This document shows positions 38,472 to 49,494 of a stretch of 51,319 bases of DNA, piece after piece; position 1 is the stretch's first letter, and every line of letters begins with the position of its first letter. Position numbers and translations under genes: made by a program. The notes under the pieces were generated by a model that saw only the letters and a list, made by a program, of their open reading frames with translations, had not been told where the DNA came from and made no database searches. The DNA comes from an uncultured Pseudomonadota bacterium (lineage in GTDB: Bacteria; Babelota; Babeliae; Babelales; RVW-14): NCBI GenBank assembly GCA_964354855.1, contig CAYHBO010000006.1:1-51319 (forward strand). Reading direction: 5' to 3'.

Positions 38472-38816
38472 CTAAGCAGTCTTCTTATCTAAAATCACTT
38501 CAATATGACTCATTCTTTTACGCTGTAATGCAGTTCTACCCATAGCTCCTGCCTTAAAATAGGTAACAATCGGCCCCTGATCAACTCTAATCTCTTTAAT
38601 CATTACTTCATGCATCCCGACAGTGCCTTCATGCTTATTTTTTACATTTGCAAAAGCAGAAGAAACTACCTTAATTAAAGGCTCAACACGTTTCATTTGA
38701 CACGTTTTCAGCCAAGCGAGAGCTTTATCAAGCTGCCATCCTCGAACAACATCAATGACCGGACGAAGTTTGTAAGGCGATATTCTGATATATTTACTTT
38801 TAGCCTTGGCAAGCAT
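38472..38816 (-). CDS. rplV: 50S ribosomal protein L22
   Basis: RISPYK.R, SA.AN, VDQGP, AMGR, SHI. Confidence 0.96.
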   Translation of the reverse strand: MLAKAKSKYIRISPYKLRPVIDVVRGWQLDKALAWLKTCQMKRVEPLIKVVSSAFANVKNKHEGTVGMHEVMIKEIRVDQGPIVTYFKAGAMGRTALQRKRMSHIEVILDKKTA

Positions 38817-38924
38817 ATTTTTTAAATCCTATTTTCAATGAATAAACAATTCAACCCAGTATATCTGAAAAACAATTTAAGTACACCCTAAATTGTCATA
38901 AAACACACTTAATGGACGCTGAAA

Positions 38925-39212
38925 TTATGCCGCTTTAGCTTTAGTTGCCTGGCGTTGTCCACTGTGCATTCTAAACGTTCTTGTTTGTGCAAATTCTCCC
39001 AATGCGTGTCCAACCATATTTTCAGTAATAAAAACTGAAATAAATTTTCTACCATCGTGAACAGCTATTGTCAATCCAACAAACTCTGGAATAATCATAG
39101 AAGCTCTTTTCCATGTTTTAATTATCTCTCTTTTTCCTGAGCTTTTAACGATTTTTACTCTTTCAAGTAATGTTTGATCAACAAAAGGCCCTTTATGAAT
39201 AGATCTCGTCAT
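38925..39212 (-). CDS. rpsS: 30S ribosomal protein S19
   Basis: RS..KGPFVD, VHDGR, MVGH.LGEF..TR. Confidence 0.97.
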   Translation of the reverse strand: MTRSIHKGPFVDQTLLERVKIVKSSGKREIIKTWKRASMIIPEFVGLTIAVHDGRKFISVFITENMVGHALGEFAQTRTFRMHSGQRQATKAKAA

Positions 39213-39227
39213 GAATATTATCCTATC

Positions 39228-40046
39228 TTATTTACTTCTTCTTTTCACGATAAGAGAACTCTTACGTGTTCTGGTTCTCTTCCCCTTACAACTTTTACCC
39301 CAAGGAGTTACCGGATGAGATCCAGACTTAGATCTACCTTCACCACCACCATGTGGATGGTCAATAGGGTTCATAGCCATACCACGCACCGTAGGACGCC
39401 AACCAAGATTTCTATTACGACCAGCCTTACCTAAAACAACGTTTCTAAAGTCTTGATTTGATAAAGTTCCTACCGTCGCCCAATTATCCCAAGAAAGCAT
39501 TCTAATTTCACCTGAAGGCATTTTCAGTGTAGCCATACCCTCTTCTTTTGCTACAAGCTGTACTGAAGATCCAGCACTTCTAGCAAATTTTCCACCACGT
39601 TCTGGATATAATTCAACATTATGAACCTTAAAACCCAATGGAACTAATCGTAAAGGTAAACAGTTCCCTATTTTTGCTTCAGCTTTAGTACTCGCAAGTA
39701 CCTCATCGCCAACAACAAGTCCTTCTGGTTTTAAAATATAATGTTTCGCTCCATTTTTATAAAAAACAAGAGCAATAGGTAAATTTCTATTAGGGTCGTA
39801 TTCAAATGCTTTAACAATTCCAGGAATGTCTTTTTCCATACGAACAAAATCAATCAAGCGATACTGCTTTTTAGCCCCACCACCGCGATGTCTTGTCGTT
39901 ATTCTTCCATAAGCATTTCTGCCTCCTTTTTTTGGTAAAGGAGCTAGTAACCCTTTTTCAGGGGATTTGCGAGTTAAATCCTTATCAACTAAATATTGTT
40001 GGCTTCGCAAGGATGAATTTCTCGGCTTTCTTGTAACTATAGGCAT
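39228..40046 (-). CDS. rplB: 50S ribosomal protein L2
   Basis: GRIT.RHRGGG, EYDPNR, RP.VRGMAMNPIDHPHGGGEG. Confidence 0.98.
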   Translation of the reverse strand: MPIVTRKPRNSSLRSQQYLVDKDLTRKSPEKGLLAPLPKKGGRNAYGRITTRHRGGGAKKQYRLIDFVRMEKDIPGIVKAFEYDPNRNLPIALVFYKNGAKHYILKPEGLVVGDEVLASTKAEAKIGNCLPLRLVPLGFKVHNVELYPERGGKFARSAGSSVQLVAKEEGMATLKMPSGEIRMLSWDNWATVGTLSNQDFRNVVLGKAGRNRNLGWRPTVRGMAMNPIDHPHGGGEGRSKSGSHPVTPWGKSCKGKRTRTRKSSLIVKRRSK

Positions 40047-40097
40047 GCCAATATTCTCCACGTAATATCAATAAAACTTATCATCATAAAAATACTA

Positions 40098-40436
40098 TTA
40101 TGCTCGTTCAGACTCAGCTGGAACATTCATTGAACCAATGTTCTCATACATGCCGGGAATATCAATTTGAAAACCGCTTTTAAGTTTTACAATCGCTTTC
40201 TTCTTATCAGAAGACTTAAACTGCTTTTTTCCAAACGTTTTAACTTTTCCCGTAACATTCATTACTCTAACATCTGCAACTTTAACATTCCAGAGCTTCT
40301 CGATAGCATTTTTTATCAGAATCTTATTGGCAACCTGATTTACTTCAAACGTTATCTGCCCTAATTTTTTATAAAGTTCAATGCTTTTGCTGGTAATAAC
40401 AAGCTTTTTAACAACATCATAAATACTTAATTCCAT
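40098..40436 (-). CDS. rplW: 50S ribosomal protein L23
   Basis: F.V...ANK..IK.AIE, KKAIVKL; C-terminal extension. Confidence 0.93.
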   Translation of the reverse strand: MELSIYDVVKKLVITSKSIELYKKLGQITFEVNQVANKILIKNAIEKLWNVKVADVRVMNVTGKVKTFGKKQFKSSDKKKAIVKLKSGFQIDIPGMYENIGSMNVPAESERA

Positions 40437-41065
40437 TGTGCAATCATCTCTTCAAATAGGTTCACATCTTTTTTTAAAAATACCCAACAATCAGCATTGC
40501 TTAAAGCATACACATTTGGGCCGTCAAAAGATGAAATATTAACATTCCCAAGATTTCTAAACGCAGTTGTAATTAAGAAATCATCAAAAGGTAGAAATAA
40601 CAAAACTTTTTTTGTTATTAAACCCATACTTTGCAAGATTGCATAAACTTCTTTTGTTTTCACGTGAGTATTTGCAACTTCAAAATCCAAACACAAGATA
40701 GATTTATCATTTAACTTAGTTGACAATAAATTATTAAAAACAAGCGTTTTTTGTTTTTTATTTATATCTAAGGTTCTCACTCTAGGTTGAGGTCCAAAAG
40801 CAACCCCACCTTTTCTCCATATAGGAGAACTAGCACGCCCTGCTCTTGCTCGACCTGTACCTTTTTGCTTCCAAGGTTTCTTGTTGGAAAAAGAAACTTC
40901 TCCACGATTTTTACAAGCAACCGTTCCTTGACGCCAACTCTGCATAAGAACACGCACCGCCGAGGAAAAATTAGCAGTATTAATATCTCTAACTACAACA
41001 TCACTATTCAAAGTTAAATTATTAAGATTTTTGCCAGTAGAATCAAAAACTTGTACCTGAGTCAT
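40427..41065 (-). CDS. rplD: 50S ribosomal protein L4
   Basis: [28 protein letters not shown]. Confidence 0.97.
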   Translation of the reverse strand: MTQVQVFDSTGKNLNNLTLNSDVVVRDINTANFSSAVRVLMQSWRQGTVACKNRGEVSFSNKKPWKQKGTGRARAGRASSPIWRKGGVAFGPQPRVRTLDINKKQKTLVFNNLLSTKLNDKSILCLDFEVANTHVKTKEVYAILQSMGLITKKVLLFLPFDDFLITTAFRNLGNVNISSFDGPNVYALSNADCWVFLKKDVNLFEEMIAQWN

Positions 41066-41691
41066 TATTTAGCCTCCTGTTTTTTTACCATCACAATTGT
41101 TGCTTGTTTGCCAGGAACAGCGCCTTTAACAAGTAAACATTGATTTTCTTGATCAATGTGCACGACAGCCAACCCTCTGGTTGTAACCATTCTGTTTCCA
41201 TCATGCCCTGGAAGTTTTTTACCTTTAATAACTTCCCCTTGACGACGCATATGACTCAAAGCTCCAGGCTTACGATGGAATGTTGATCCGTGAGACTTAG
41301 GACCACCTTTAAAACCCCAACGTTTCATAACCCCTTGGAACCCTTTTCCTATACTTCTACCAGAAACACTAACAATTTGTTTCTCATCAAAAGTCATTTG
41401 GTCTAGCGTTATTTGCTGGCCAATAACAAATTCTTGGTCAACAAAAGGCATTTCTGTAATATCCAAAAAGTACTTTCCTTTTGCTTTTACCCACTCAGAG
41501 GCAAATGCAACACCCTGGTACCGTTTTCTCAACAACCCAACTTGAACAGATGAATACCCATCTCGTTCTAAGGTCTTCACTTGGGTCACCACCCAATTCT
41601 TCATATCAATAACCGTCACAGGAACAACATCGCCATTTTTACTAAAAAATTGCGTCATTCCTATTTTTTTTCCCGGTAGCGAATTCAACAT
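41065..41691 (-). CDS. rplC: 50S ribosomal protein L3
   Basis: [36 protein letters not shown]. Confidence 0.98.
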   Translation of the reverse strand: MLNSLPGKKIGMTQFFSKNGDVVPVTVIDMKNWVVTQVKTLERDGYSSVQVGLLRKRYQGVAFASEWVKAKGKYFLDITEMPFVDQEFVIGQQITLDQMTFDEKQIVSVSGRSIGKGFQGVMKRWGFKGGPKSHGSTFHRKPGALSHMRRQGEVIKGKKLPGHDGNRMVTTRGLAVVHIDQENQCLLVKGAVPGKQATIVMVKKQEAK

Positions 41692-41734
41692 AGCAGCCTC
41701 AATTTACCTAATTAGCTTAGTTAATTAGTCATGT

Positions 41735-42040
41735 TCATTTAATCTCAACATCAACCCCAGCAGATATACTTAGTTTCATAAGTGCATCCATTGTTTGCTC
41801 TACGGGAGAAAGAATATCTAAAATTCGCTTGTGTGCAGTCAATTCAAATTGTTCTCGCGATTTTTTATCGATATGAGGTGATCTTAAAACCGTAATAATT
41901 TTCTTTCTACTCGGAAGAGGAACAGGCCCCAAAATTTGGGACCCTGTTCTTTTCACTGTCAACACAATTTGCTTAACAGCATTATCTAACAACCGATGAT
42001 CATAGGACTTTAATGTTAACCGTATCTTTTGTTTTTTCAT
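41735..42040 (-). CDS. rpsJ: 30S ribosomal protein S10
   Basis: [27 protein letters not shown]. Confidence 0.98.
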   Translation of the reverse strand: MKKQKIRLTLKSYDHRLLDNAVKQIVLTVKRTGSQILGPVPLPSRKKIITVLRSPHIDKKSREQFELTAHKRILDILSPVEQTMDALMKLSISAGVDVEIK

Positions 42041-42061
42041 CTTTTCTCATCAAACTCAAAA

Positions 42062-43252
42062 TTATTCAATAATTTCAGTAACAACACCGGCTCCAACAGT
42101 TCTGCCACCTTCACGAATAGCGAACTTAAGATCTTTATCCATTGCAATAGAGCTAACTAGTTCAACGGTTAATGCAACGTTATCGCCAGGCATTACCATT
42201 TCTCTACCTTCAGGCAAAGTGATGCTACCAGTCACATCGGTAGTTCTGAAATAAAATTGCGGTCTGTATCCACCAAAGAATGGGCTATGACGACCACCTT
42301 CTTCTTTAGATAAGATAACAACCTGACATTTGAATTTTTTATGTGGCTTTATTGAACCAGGTTTCGCAAGAACTTGTCCTCGCTCAATATCCTCTTTCTT
42401 TATACCACGCAATAAGACTCCAACGTTATCTCCAGGTTGCCCTTCTGTCAGTTCTTTATTGAACATTTCAATACCGGTTACCGTTGTTTTAACATTAGGC
42501 TTAAGACCAATAATTTCAATTTCCTCACCAATCTTAACAATTCCACGTTCAATACGACCGGTTACAACGGTGCCACGACCTGAAATCGAAAATACGTCTT
42601 CAACGGGCATAAGGAAAGGTTTATCGGTCTCACGTTTTGGTGTTGGAATATAAGTATCAACAGCTTCCATTAATCTCATAATAGCAGGAGCGCCAATATC
42701 ACTCGTATCACCGTTCAGTGCCTTTAAGCCTGAACCTCTGATAACAGGAATTTCGCTACCAGGAAATCCGTATTTAGTTAAAAGCTCTCTTATTTCTTCT
42801 TCAACAAGCCCAATCATGTCCTCATCATCGACCATGTCAACTTTATTTAAGAAAACAACCATAGAAGGAACACCTACTTGTTTAGCCAACAAGATATGCT
42901 CTCTGGTTTGAGGCATAGGACCGTCAGCAGCTGAAACAACTAAGATTGCTCCGTCCATTTGAGCAGCCCCGGTAATCATGTTTTTTACATAATCAGCGTG
43001 ACCTGGACAGTCAACATGAGCATAATGTTTATTCTTTGTTTCATACTCAACATGAGATACCGCAATAGTAATTCCGCGTGCTTTTTCTTCAGGAGCTTTG
43101 TCGATCTGATCAAACGCTTTGAATTGTGCTAGTCCCTGTTCAGATAAAACTTTTGTGATAGCTGCCGTTAACGTAGTTTTACCATGATCAACGTGACCGA
43201 TTGTACCAATATTACAATGGGGCTTCTTTCTCTCAAAAACGCCTTTTGCCAT
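42062..43252 (-). CDS. tuf: Elongation factor Tu
   Basis: [42 protein letters not shown]. Confidence 0.99.
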   Translation of the reverse strand: MAKGVFERKKPHCNIGTIGHVDHGKTTLTAAITKVLSEQGLAQFKAFDQIDKAPEEKARGITIAVSHVEYETKNKHYAHVDCPGHADYVKNMITGAAQMDGAILVVSAADGPMPQTREHILLAKQVGVPSMVVFLNKVDMVDDEDMIGLVEEEIRELLTKYGFPGSEIPVIRGSGLKALNGDTSDIGAPAIMRLMEAVDTYIPTPKRETDKPFLMPVEDVFSISGRGTVVTGRIERGIVKIGEEIEIIGLKPNVKTTVTGIEMFNKELTEGQPGDNVGVLLRGIKKEDIERGQVLAKPGSIKPHKKFKCQVVILSKEEGGRHSPFFGGYRPQFYFRTTDVTGSITLPEGREMVMPGDNVALTVELVSSIAMDKDLKFAIREGGRTVGAGVVTEIIE

Positions 43253-43297
43253 ACCTAATCCTTCTAAAACTTAATTATTTGTACCGAACTGCTTTTA

Positions 43298-45370
43298 TTA
43301 ACTTTTACTTGTATTTGCACTTGTAAGTGCTTCTTGAACGTTCTTAGGAACTTCTCTATAAACTTCAAACTCCATAGAGTAACTCGCACGTCCCTTAGTC
43401 ATAGAACGTAATGTCGTTGAGTAGCCAAACATTTCACCCAATGGAACTTCCGCTGCAATAGCATGCGTACCTTTTCTTTCAGTCATTCCAAGAATTCGAC
43501 CACGACGAGAGTTAATATCTCCCATAACATCTCCCATATTTTCTTCTGGTGTTGTTACTTCAACCTTCATAATCGGCTCTAATAAAACAGGCGATGCTTT
43601 TCTACAGCCATCTTTAAAGGCCATAGACGCAGCTATTTTAAATGCCATTTCTGAAGAGTCAACATCATGATATGTTCCGTCAAATACCGCAACTTCAATA
43701 TCAACTACCGGATATCCTCCAAGAACTCCAGCACTCAAAGCTTCTCTAATCCCTTTTTCAATCCCAGGAATATATTCATGAGGAATAGAACCGCCTTTGA
43801 TTTCATTCTTAAACTCAAACCCTGCGCCTCGTTCACGCGGAGCCAATTTTAAAAACACATGCCCATATTGCCCACGACCACCTGATTGACGAATAAATTT
43901 ACCTTCAGCTTCAACCGGTTTTTGAATCGTTTCTTTATAAGCAACTTCAGCTTTACCAACATTCGCGGCAACTTTATGTTCTCGCAACAAACGATCAACA
44001 ATAATTTCTAAATGAAGCTCACCCATTCCTGAAATAACTGTTTGGCTTGTTTCTTCGTTAAAAGTAAACCTAAACGATGGATCTTCTTGCATTAACTTAC
44101 GTAATCCTAACGTCATTTTTTCATAATCGCCTTTCCCTTTTGGTTCAATGGCAATATGAATAACCGCTTCAGGAGCGTTAATACTTTCAAGCAATATTTG
44201 ATGTTTTTCATCAGCCAGCGTATCACCAGTGATAACATCTTTAACTCCAACTACAGCAACAATGTCGCCAGCAGAAGCTGATTTTATTTCTTCACGTTTA
44301 TTCGCATGAATTTTAAGCAAACGACTAATACGTTCTTTTGTTCCCTTGCCAACATTTGCAACATAGGACCCAGCTTCAATAGTACCAGAATAAATTCTAG
44401 TAAATACTAATGAGCCAACAAACGGATCTATCATCACTTTAAAAGCCAACGCAGCAAACGGTTCTTTGCTCGAAGCGTGGCGAAGTTCTTCTTGGTTAGT
44501 ATCAGGATTAATACCAGTAACCGGTGGTACTTCAAGCGGTGACGGAAGATAATCAATAACCGCATCAAGTAAGAGTTGCACCCCTTTGTTTTTAAAAGCA
44601 GCACCACAAAATACCGGCGTTACACCTTGCGTCAAGACTCCCGCTCTCAGCGCTGATTTAATTTCTTCAATAGAACAAGGCTTCCCATCCAAATATTTCT
44701 CAGCCAACGCATCGTTGAAATCACAAGCTCGCTCAACAATAGCTGTATACATTTTAGCGACTTGATCTTTATACTCAGCAGGAACTTCATGCCAAGTAAC
44801 TACACCTACCTCATCAGAAGTCGCCATACGATTTGTCAGCACATCGATAATGCCATTAAAATCTTCTGAGTGACCTATAGGAATCTGCATTGGTAAAGGA
44901 GTTGCATGTAGTTTTTCGTCAAGCTCTTTCACAACGGTGAAAAAATCAGCACCGATACGATCGAGTTTATTAACAAACGCAATACGCGGAACTTCATGTT
45001 TATCAGATTGACGCCATACCGTCTCAGATTGAGGCTGTACACCACCAACACCACAAAAAACCGCAACTGCACCATCAAGAACGCGTAATGAACGCTCAAC
45101 TTCGATAGTAAAATCAACGTGTCCAGGGGTATCAATCAAGTTGATTTGGTGATCTTGCCAGAAACAAGTAGTCGCAGCTGAGGTAATAGTAATACCACGC
45201 TCACGCTCTTGCTCCATCCAATCCATTGTAGCGGCGCCTTCATGGACCTCACCAATTTTATGAGAAACACCGGTATAGAATAAAATTCTTTCACTAACCG
45301 TCGTTTTCCCTGCATCAATGTGAGCCATGATGCCAATATTTCTATATTTACTTAATCTTTTATCACTCAT
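43298..45370 (-). CDS. fusA: Elongation factor G
   Basis: [41 protein letters not shown]. Confidence 0.99.
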   Translation of the reverse strand: MSDKRLSKYRNIGIMAHIDAGKTTVSERILFYTGVSHKIGEVHEGAATMDWMEQERERGITITSAATTCFWQDHQINLIDTPGHVDFTIEVERSLRVLDGAVAVFCGVGGVQPQSETVWRQSDKHEVPRIAFVNKLDRIGADFFTVVKELDEKLHATPLPMQIPIGHSEDFNGIIDVLTNRMATSDEVGVVTWHEVPAEYKDQVAKMYTAIVERACDFNDALAEKYLDGKPCSIEEIKSALRAGVLTQGVTPVFCGAAFKNKGVQLLLDAVIDYLPSPLEVPPVTGINPDTNQEELRHASSKEPFAALAFKVMIDPFVGSLVFTRIYSGTIEAGSYVANVGKGTKERISRLLKIHANKREEIKSASAGDIVAVVGVKDVITGDTLADEKHQILLESINAPEAVIHIAIEPKGKGDYEKMTLGLRKLMQEDPSFRFTFNEETSQTVISGMGELHLEIIVDRLLREHKVAANVGKAEVAYKETIQKPVEAEGKFIRQSGGRGQYGHVFLKLAPRERGAGFEFKNEIKGGSIPHEYIPGIEKGIREALSAGVLGGYPVVDIEVAVFDGTYHDVDSSEMAFKIAASMAFKDGCRKASPVLLEPIMKVEVTTPEENMGDVMGDINSRRGRILGMTERKGTHAIAAEVPLGEMFGYSTTLRSMTKGRASYSMEFEVYREVPKNVQEALTSANTSKS

Positions 45371-45382
45371 CTATTATCCCAA

Positions 45383-45865
45383 CTACCAAGCATAATGAGA
45401 GAAGGCTCTGTTAGCCTCTGCCATTCTATGCACATCAGCTTTCTTCTTAACAGCTCCACCTTGCCCTTTAGAAGCATCCAATAATTCTGCAGCAAGACGC
45501 TCACCCATTGTCTTATCAGAACGAGCAGCCGCAGAAGAAATAAGCCAGCGCAAAGCAAGCGCTAATGAACGATTTGATCTTACTTCTGTAGGTATTTGAT
45601 AAACACCACCACCAACACGTCTTGATTTTACTTCAACAAATGGCTTCACTTGCTCTATAGCTTTTTCAAAAAGAGCAAACCCACGCTTGTCATCAGTACT
45701 AGATTTCTTAATCATCGAATCAAAAGCATCATAAACAATGGTTCGTGCAATATTTTTTTTGCCACGTTCCATAACAATGTTAATAAACTTTTGAACCAAA
45801 TGAGACTTAAATCTTGGATCAACACCAATATCGCGAATAAATCCAACAGATTTTCTTCTAGGCAT
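45383..45865 (-). CDS. rpsG: 30S ribosomal protein S7
   Basis: MPRR, EVKSRRVGG..YQIP, HRMAEANRAF. Confidence 0.98.
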   Translation of the reverse strand: MPRRKSVGFIRDIGVDPRFKSHLVQKFINIVMERGKKNIARTIVYDAFDSMIKKSSTDDKRGFALFEKAIEQVKPFVEVKSRRVGGGVYQIPTEVRSNRSLALALRWLISSAAARSDKTMGERLAAELLDASKGQGGAVKKKADVHRMAEANRAFSHYAW

Positions 45866-45867
45866 AA

Positions 45868-46272
45868 TTATTTACCCTTCTTCTTAGCAACAACTGCGTC
45901 GCTCTTTTTGCGCTTAGAACCATACAAAGAACGACTTTGAGTTCTCGCCGCTACACCCGCAGAATCCAACGCTCCACGAACAATGTGATATCGAACACCG
46001 GGTAAATCCTTTACCCTTCCACCACGTACTAAAACAACTGAGTGCTCCTGCAAGTTATGCCCCTCACCACCAATGTACGCGGTAACTTCTTTTCCTGTTG
46101 TTAGTTTCACACGAGCCACTTTTCTCAATGCTGAGTTTGGTTTTTTAGGTGTTTGAGTATAAACACGAACACAAACGCCTCTTCTTTGAGGACAATCATC
46201 AAGCGCTGGGGCTTTCGTTCTAGTCTTAACTTGTTGACGTCTTGAACGTACAAGCTGATTAATCGTTGGCAT
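45868..46272 (-). CDS. rpsL: 30S ribosomal protein S12
   Basis: [32 protein letters not shown]. Confidence 0.99.
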   Translation of the reverse strand: MPTINQLVRSRRQQVKTRTKAPALDDCPQRRGVCVRVYTQTPKKPNSALRKVARVKLTTGKEVTAYIGGEGHNLQEHSVVLVRGGRVKDLPGVRYHIVRGALDSAGVAARTQSRSLYGSKRKKSDAVVAKKKGK

Positions 46273-46738
46273 AACTGCATACCTTAATATTACGAACCTT
46301 GTTAAACAATACTTTTAAACGCATCCTACCTTCTCTTCTCCAGTTTCCAAATAAAAATAGCTGCAAGTAAAAAACCATGGCCTTCCTGCAATAATTACCA
46401 CCTGCAAGTTTTTTAAAAAGCAACATTTTAGGACTTTTACGAAGGTTACATTTCAACAATTTTATATTTTTTTTCTCTTTTTTCAAGTATTATTCTCAAC
46501 TTCCGACTTAAGCGTAGGCAAAAAAAATAATTCACCTGTTCTACAATAGAAAATTATGCCACAATACCCCACTTTCGAAACTTGTTAATATAATTCAGAC
46601 ACAGAATAATTATTATTGTTTTTTAACAAAATTTGTCATAATGTGTGCATTCTTGATTTCACGCAAGAAAAAAGACTACGTTCAGCATAGTAAAAATAAC
46701 CATTTAATATTAATTTTTAAGGGACCAAGGAACCAATA

Positions 46739-47899
46739 ATGATATTAACTAATTGCTTACTCTTTTTTAACGCAAATTTCTTGCCACTTTTCATGTCTAT
46801 CATTGGATTTGGCTTTCTAATCATCATTCATGAACTTGGTCACTTTATTTTTTGCAAATTATTCGGCGTTCATACACCAACATTTTCCATCGGTTTTGGA
46901 CCTAAACTAATTGAAAGAAAAATTGGTAGAACTCATTTTAGACTTTCAGCAATCCCTTTTGGCGGCTATGTAGAAATGGCTGGAAACGCTGAAATCGGCC
47001 AAGGAGAACAAATATTTGCACAAGCAACAGGTGATGATTCATTTGCCAGCAAAGCTTATTGGCAAAAATTTCTTATCATGTGCGGCGGCATCATTTTTAA
47101 TCTTCTCTCAGCATATATCATTTTTTGTGCCCTATTTCTCATCGGCGACTCATCTAAAATTACTATTGTGAATATTACAAAAGGCTCTGCCGCAGAAAAA
47201 GCAGGTTTACAAGCAGGGGACCAACTCTTACGCATCAATGATCTATCGCTAATTCCTCAAAAGAATGAAGTTTTCCAAGCAAAATATAATCAGCTTTTTG
47301 ATATCATCGCCAAAAACGCCCATAAAGATATTGATCTTGAAGTCCAAAGAAATAATAAAACATTAACCATCCCTGTCTCCCTTGGAATTCGGGAAAAAGA
47401 TGGTGTTACCATAGGAAGCCTTGGTGCTGGATTCAGCCCGTCTCCTATACAAAAACTACCGTTCAAAGAAGCTATCGTTGAAGGGATACACTATACAAAT
47501 AATCTTGTTTGCGCCATTGCTAACGGCCTCAAAAACATGTTTACTCAAAAAAGTTTGGACGGTGCCGGCGGACCACTTGCAATCGTCTCTATGGGCTTCA
47601 AAACAGCACAAACCGGCCTTATTCATCTCTTTATTTTCCTCGCCATGATGAGCGTTAATCTTGCCCTCTTCAATTTACTCCCTCTTGGTATTGTTGATGG
47701 CGGCCAACTTCTTTTTGTAACAATCGAAGCCATCATTCGACGCCCAACCCCTGATTGGCTAAAAATGGGGATCAACCTCATTTCATTGGTACTCTTTGCA
47801 GCCCTCTTTCTTTACCTCACCTATAAAGATGTGATGAACCTTTTTGGCAAACCGCTAAAAATGTTATTTCATAAAGCAGTTGGCCTTTTTGGTTTTTAA
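46739..47899 (+). CDS. rseP: RIP metalloprotease RseP (M50 family, PDZ domain)
   Basis: HELGH, FSIGFGP, IPFGGYV, one PDZ domain, NLLP...DGG. Confidence 0.93.
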   Translation: MILTNCLLFFNANFLPLFMSIIGFGFLIIIHELGHFIFCKLFGVHTPTFSIGFGPKLIERKIGRTHFRLSAIPFGGYVEMAGNAEIGQGEQIFAQATGDDSFASKAYWQKFLIMCGGIIFNLLSAYIIFCALFLIGDSSKITIVNITKGSAAEKAGLQAGDQLLRINDLSLIPQKNEVFQAKYNQLFDIIAKNAHKDIDLEVQRNNKTLTIPVSLGIREKDGVTIGSLGAGFSPSPIQKLPFKEAIVEGIHYTNNLVCAIANGLKNMFTQKSLDGAGGPLAIVSMGFKTAQTGLIHLFIFLAMMSVNLALFNLLPLGIVDGGQLLFVTIEAIIRRPTPDWLKMGINLISLVLFAALFLYLTYKDVMNLFGKPLKMLFHKAVGLFGF

Positions 47900-47916
47900 C
47901 CTGCTATAAAATTTCT

Positions 47917-47962
47917 TAAGAAAAATGGCCAGGAAGATACATACTCCTGGCCATTTTTCTTA
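47917..47962. terminator. Bidirectional terminator between convergent rseP and lpxC
   Basis: Perfect 18-bp inverted repeat TAAGAAAAATGGCCAGGA / TCCTGGCCATTTTTCTTA. Confidence 0.85.
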
Positions 47963-47975
47963 GCAGATATATTTC

Positions 47976-48860
47976 TTATACTATAAAATCCCAAAGTTCC
48001 GGATTTTTTATGAAATGTTCAATCACACGTCGATTAAAACTATGACCCGTTTTATGTGCCTGCACTGAACCAATCAATTTATTGCCAAGTAGCGCAAGAT
48101 CCCCAATCAAATCAAGAACCTTATGCCGCACAAACTCATCATCAAACCGTAACTCATTCAAAAAACCTTCTGGTCCCATCACCACACTATTTCCCAATGA
48201 TGAACCCAGTGCAAGACGGTGCTGACGCAGCATAGGAAGTTGATCAAGAAATCCAAAAGTTCTTGCAGGAGAAATCTCTCTTACAAAAAAATCTTTTGTT
48301 ATTAAACCGGAAAATTTTTGCTCACCAAGCAACGCGTGCTCAAATGCAGCCGTATAGTCTAAGTGTAACGCATAAGTATCACCATCGCCATTTTTGTGCG
48401 GGAAAAGTTTTATAAAACGACCACCTGAATCTTCAATGATTATTTCAAACCTTGGGGTAATAAATTTCTTCAAGGCATCTTGCTCAACAATCACACCTTC
48501 TTCACATAACGCTTGTATAAATGGATACGCTGATCCATCAAGTATGGGAATTTCCGTCATAGGTCCATCAACTTGAATAGTAACATTATCAATATCAAGC
48601 GACCATAACGCAGCCATCAGATGTTCAATGGTACTAATGGCCCAATTATTTTGCCGAACCACCGTAGCATGCGGAGCAACTTCAGGAATCACTGAACCAA
48701 TTTTCATAACATCACTAGGAATATGCTTATTCACAAAAACAATCCCCGTATTTATAGCTGCTGGAAAAAGCTCTATCGTCGATAAAACGCCATTGTGAAC
48801 CCCTATTCCAGAAAATTTAACCATGTTTTTAATAGAATGTTGATTCATAATGTTCACCAT
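47976..48860 (-). CDS. lpxC: UDP-3-O-acyl-N-acetylglucosamine deacetylase
   Basis: GIGVH.G, TGIVF, STIEHLMAAL, EIPILDGSA, ARTFGF, RHKVLDLIGDL, GH..N. Start 48860 or 48848. Confidence 0.95.
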   Translation of the reverse strand: MVNIMNQHSIKNMVKFSGIGVHNGVLSTIELFPAAINTGIVFVNKHIPSDVMKIGSVIPEVAPHATVVRQNNWAISTIEHLMAALWSLDIDNVTIQVDGPMTEIPILDGSAYPFIQALCEEGVIVEQDALKKFITPRFEIIIEDSGGRFIKLFPHKNGDGDTYALHLDYTAAFEHALLGEQKFSGLITKDFFVREISPARTFGFLDQLPMLRQHRLALGSSLGNSVVMGPEGFLNELRFDDEFVRHKVLDLIGDLALLGNKLIGSVQAHKTGHSFNRRVIEHFIKNPELWDFIV

Positions 48861-48873
48861 AATTCATGAGTAC

Positions 48874-48905
48874 AAAAAAAAAGAGCAGGAAAAAACCTGC
48901 TCTTT
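48874..48905 (-). terminator. Rho-independent terminator after rplM
   Basis: Minus strand AAAGAGCAGG-TTTTTT-CCTGCTC followed by T9. Confidence 0.85.
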
Positions 48906-48929
48906 ATATAATCTTAATACGCAAAAATA

Positions 48930-49352
48930 CTAAGAAACTTGCGCCTGATGAGGATGTTCACCACCAACATAAAGCTTAAGCTTTTTAATAACTTGTCTAT
49001 TCAATTTGTTTTTAGGTAACATCCCACGAACCGCTAAATGAAGGATGCGGGTAGGATCTTTTTTGAAAACGATTTCAGCCGGAGTGTCTTTACGTCCACC
49101 ACGCCAACCTGAATAAGTTTCGTACAACTTACCCTTCCATTTGTTACCCGTTAATTGGATCTTCTCACAATTAATAATAACAACATAATCACCAGAATCG
49201 GTATGAGGAGTAAATTGGGCCTTATGCTTGCCACGTAATAACGTAGCAACTTCGGTTGCCAATCGACCTAAAACTTTACCTGAAGCATCTAAGACGTGCC
49301 ACTCTGGCTTCGCTTGCTCTTTGGTTAATACAAAACTTTTATTCATATCCAT
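48930..49352 (-). CDS. rplM: 50S ribosomal protein L13
   Basis: WHVLDA..LGRLA, LRGKHK..FTPH.DSGD, GMLPKN, HPHQAQ; ATG 49352 after AGGTG (alternative 49346). Confidence 0.97.
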   Translation of the reverse strand: MDMNKSFVLTKEQAKPEWHVLDASGKVLGRLATEVATLLRGKHKAQFTPHTDSGDYVVIINCEKIQLTGNKWKGKLYETYSGWRGGRKDTPAEIVFKKDPTRILHLAVRGMLPKNKLNRQVIKKLKLYVGGEHPHQAQVS

Positions 49353-49494
49353 AAGTAAAACACCTATATTTGCGTAATTTTTTTTAGATGATTCGACAGA
49401 CTCAGCCTGAACGGTGACTGTTCTCCCAAATACAAACAACTCTGCCTGTCAATAAACAGCATGCCAATCATTCTAGTTAAAAAGTATCGAATGG

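Noticed and set aside
46361-46407. Three CTGCAA hexamers upstream of rpsL
   Set aside because: They are short and irregularly spaced, so I cannot distinguish them from chance or assign an operator.
46259-46486. 75-aa ORF upstream of rpsL
   Set aside because: It lies in the AT-rich divergent promoter region, has a non-ATG start and shows no recognisable protein features.
49388-49471. SRP RNA or 6S RNA identity for the pyrG-rplM hairpin
   Set aside because: It lacks the SRP domain IV CAGG/GGAA/AGCAG motif and is too short for 6S. Kept only as a possible leader.
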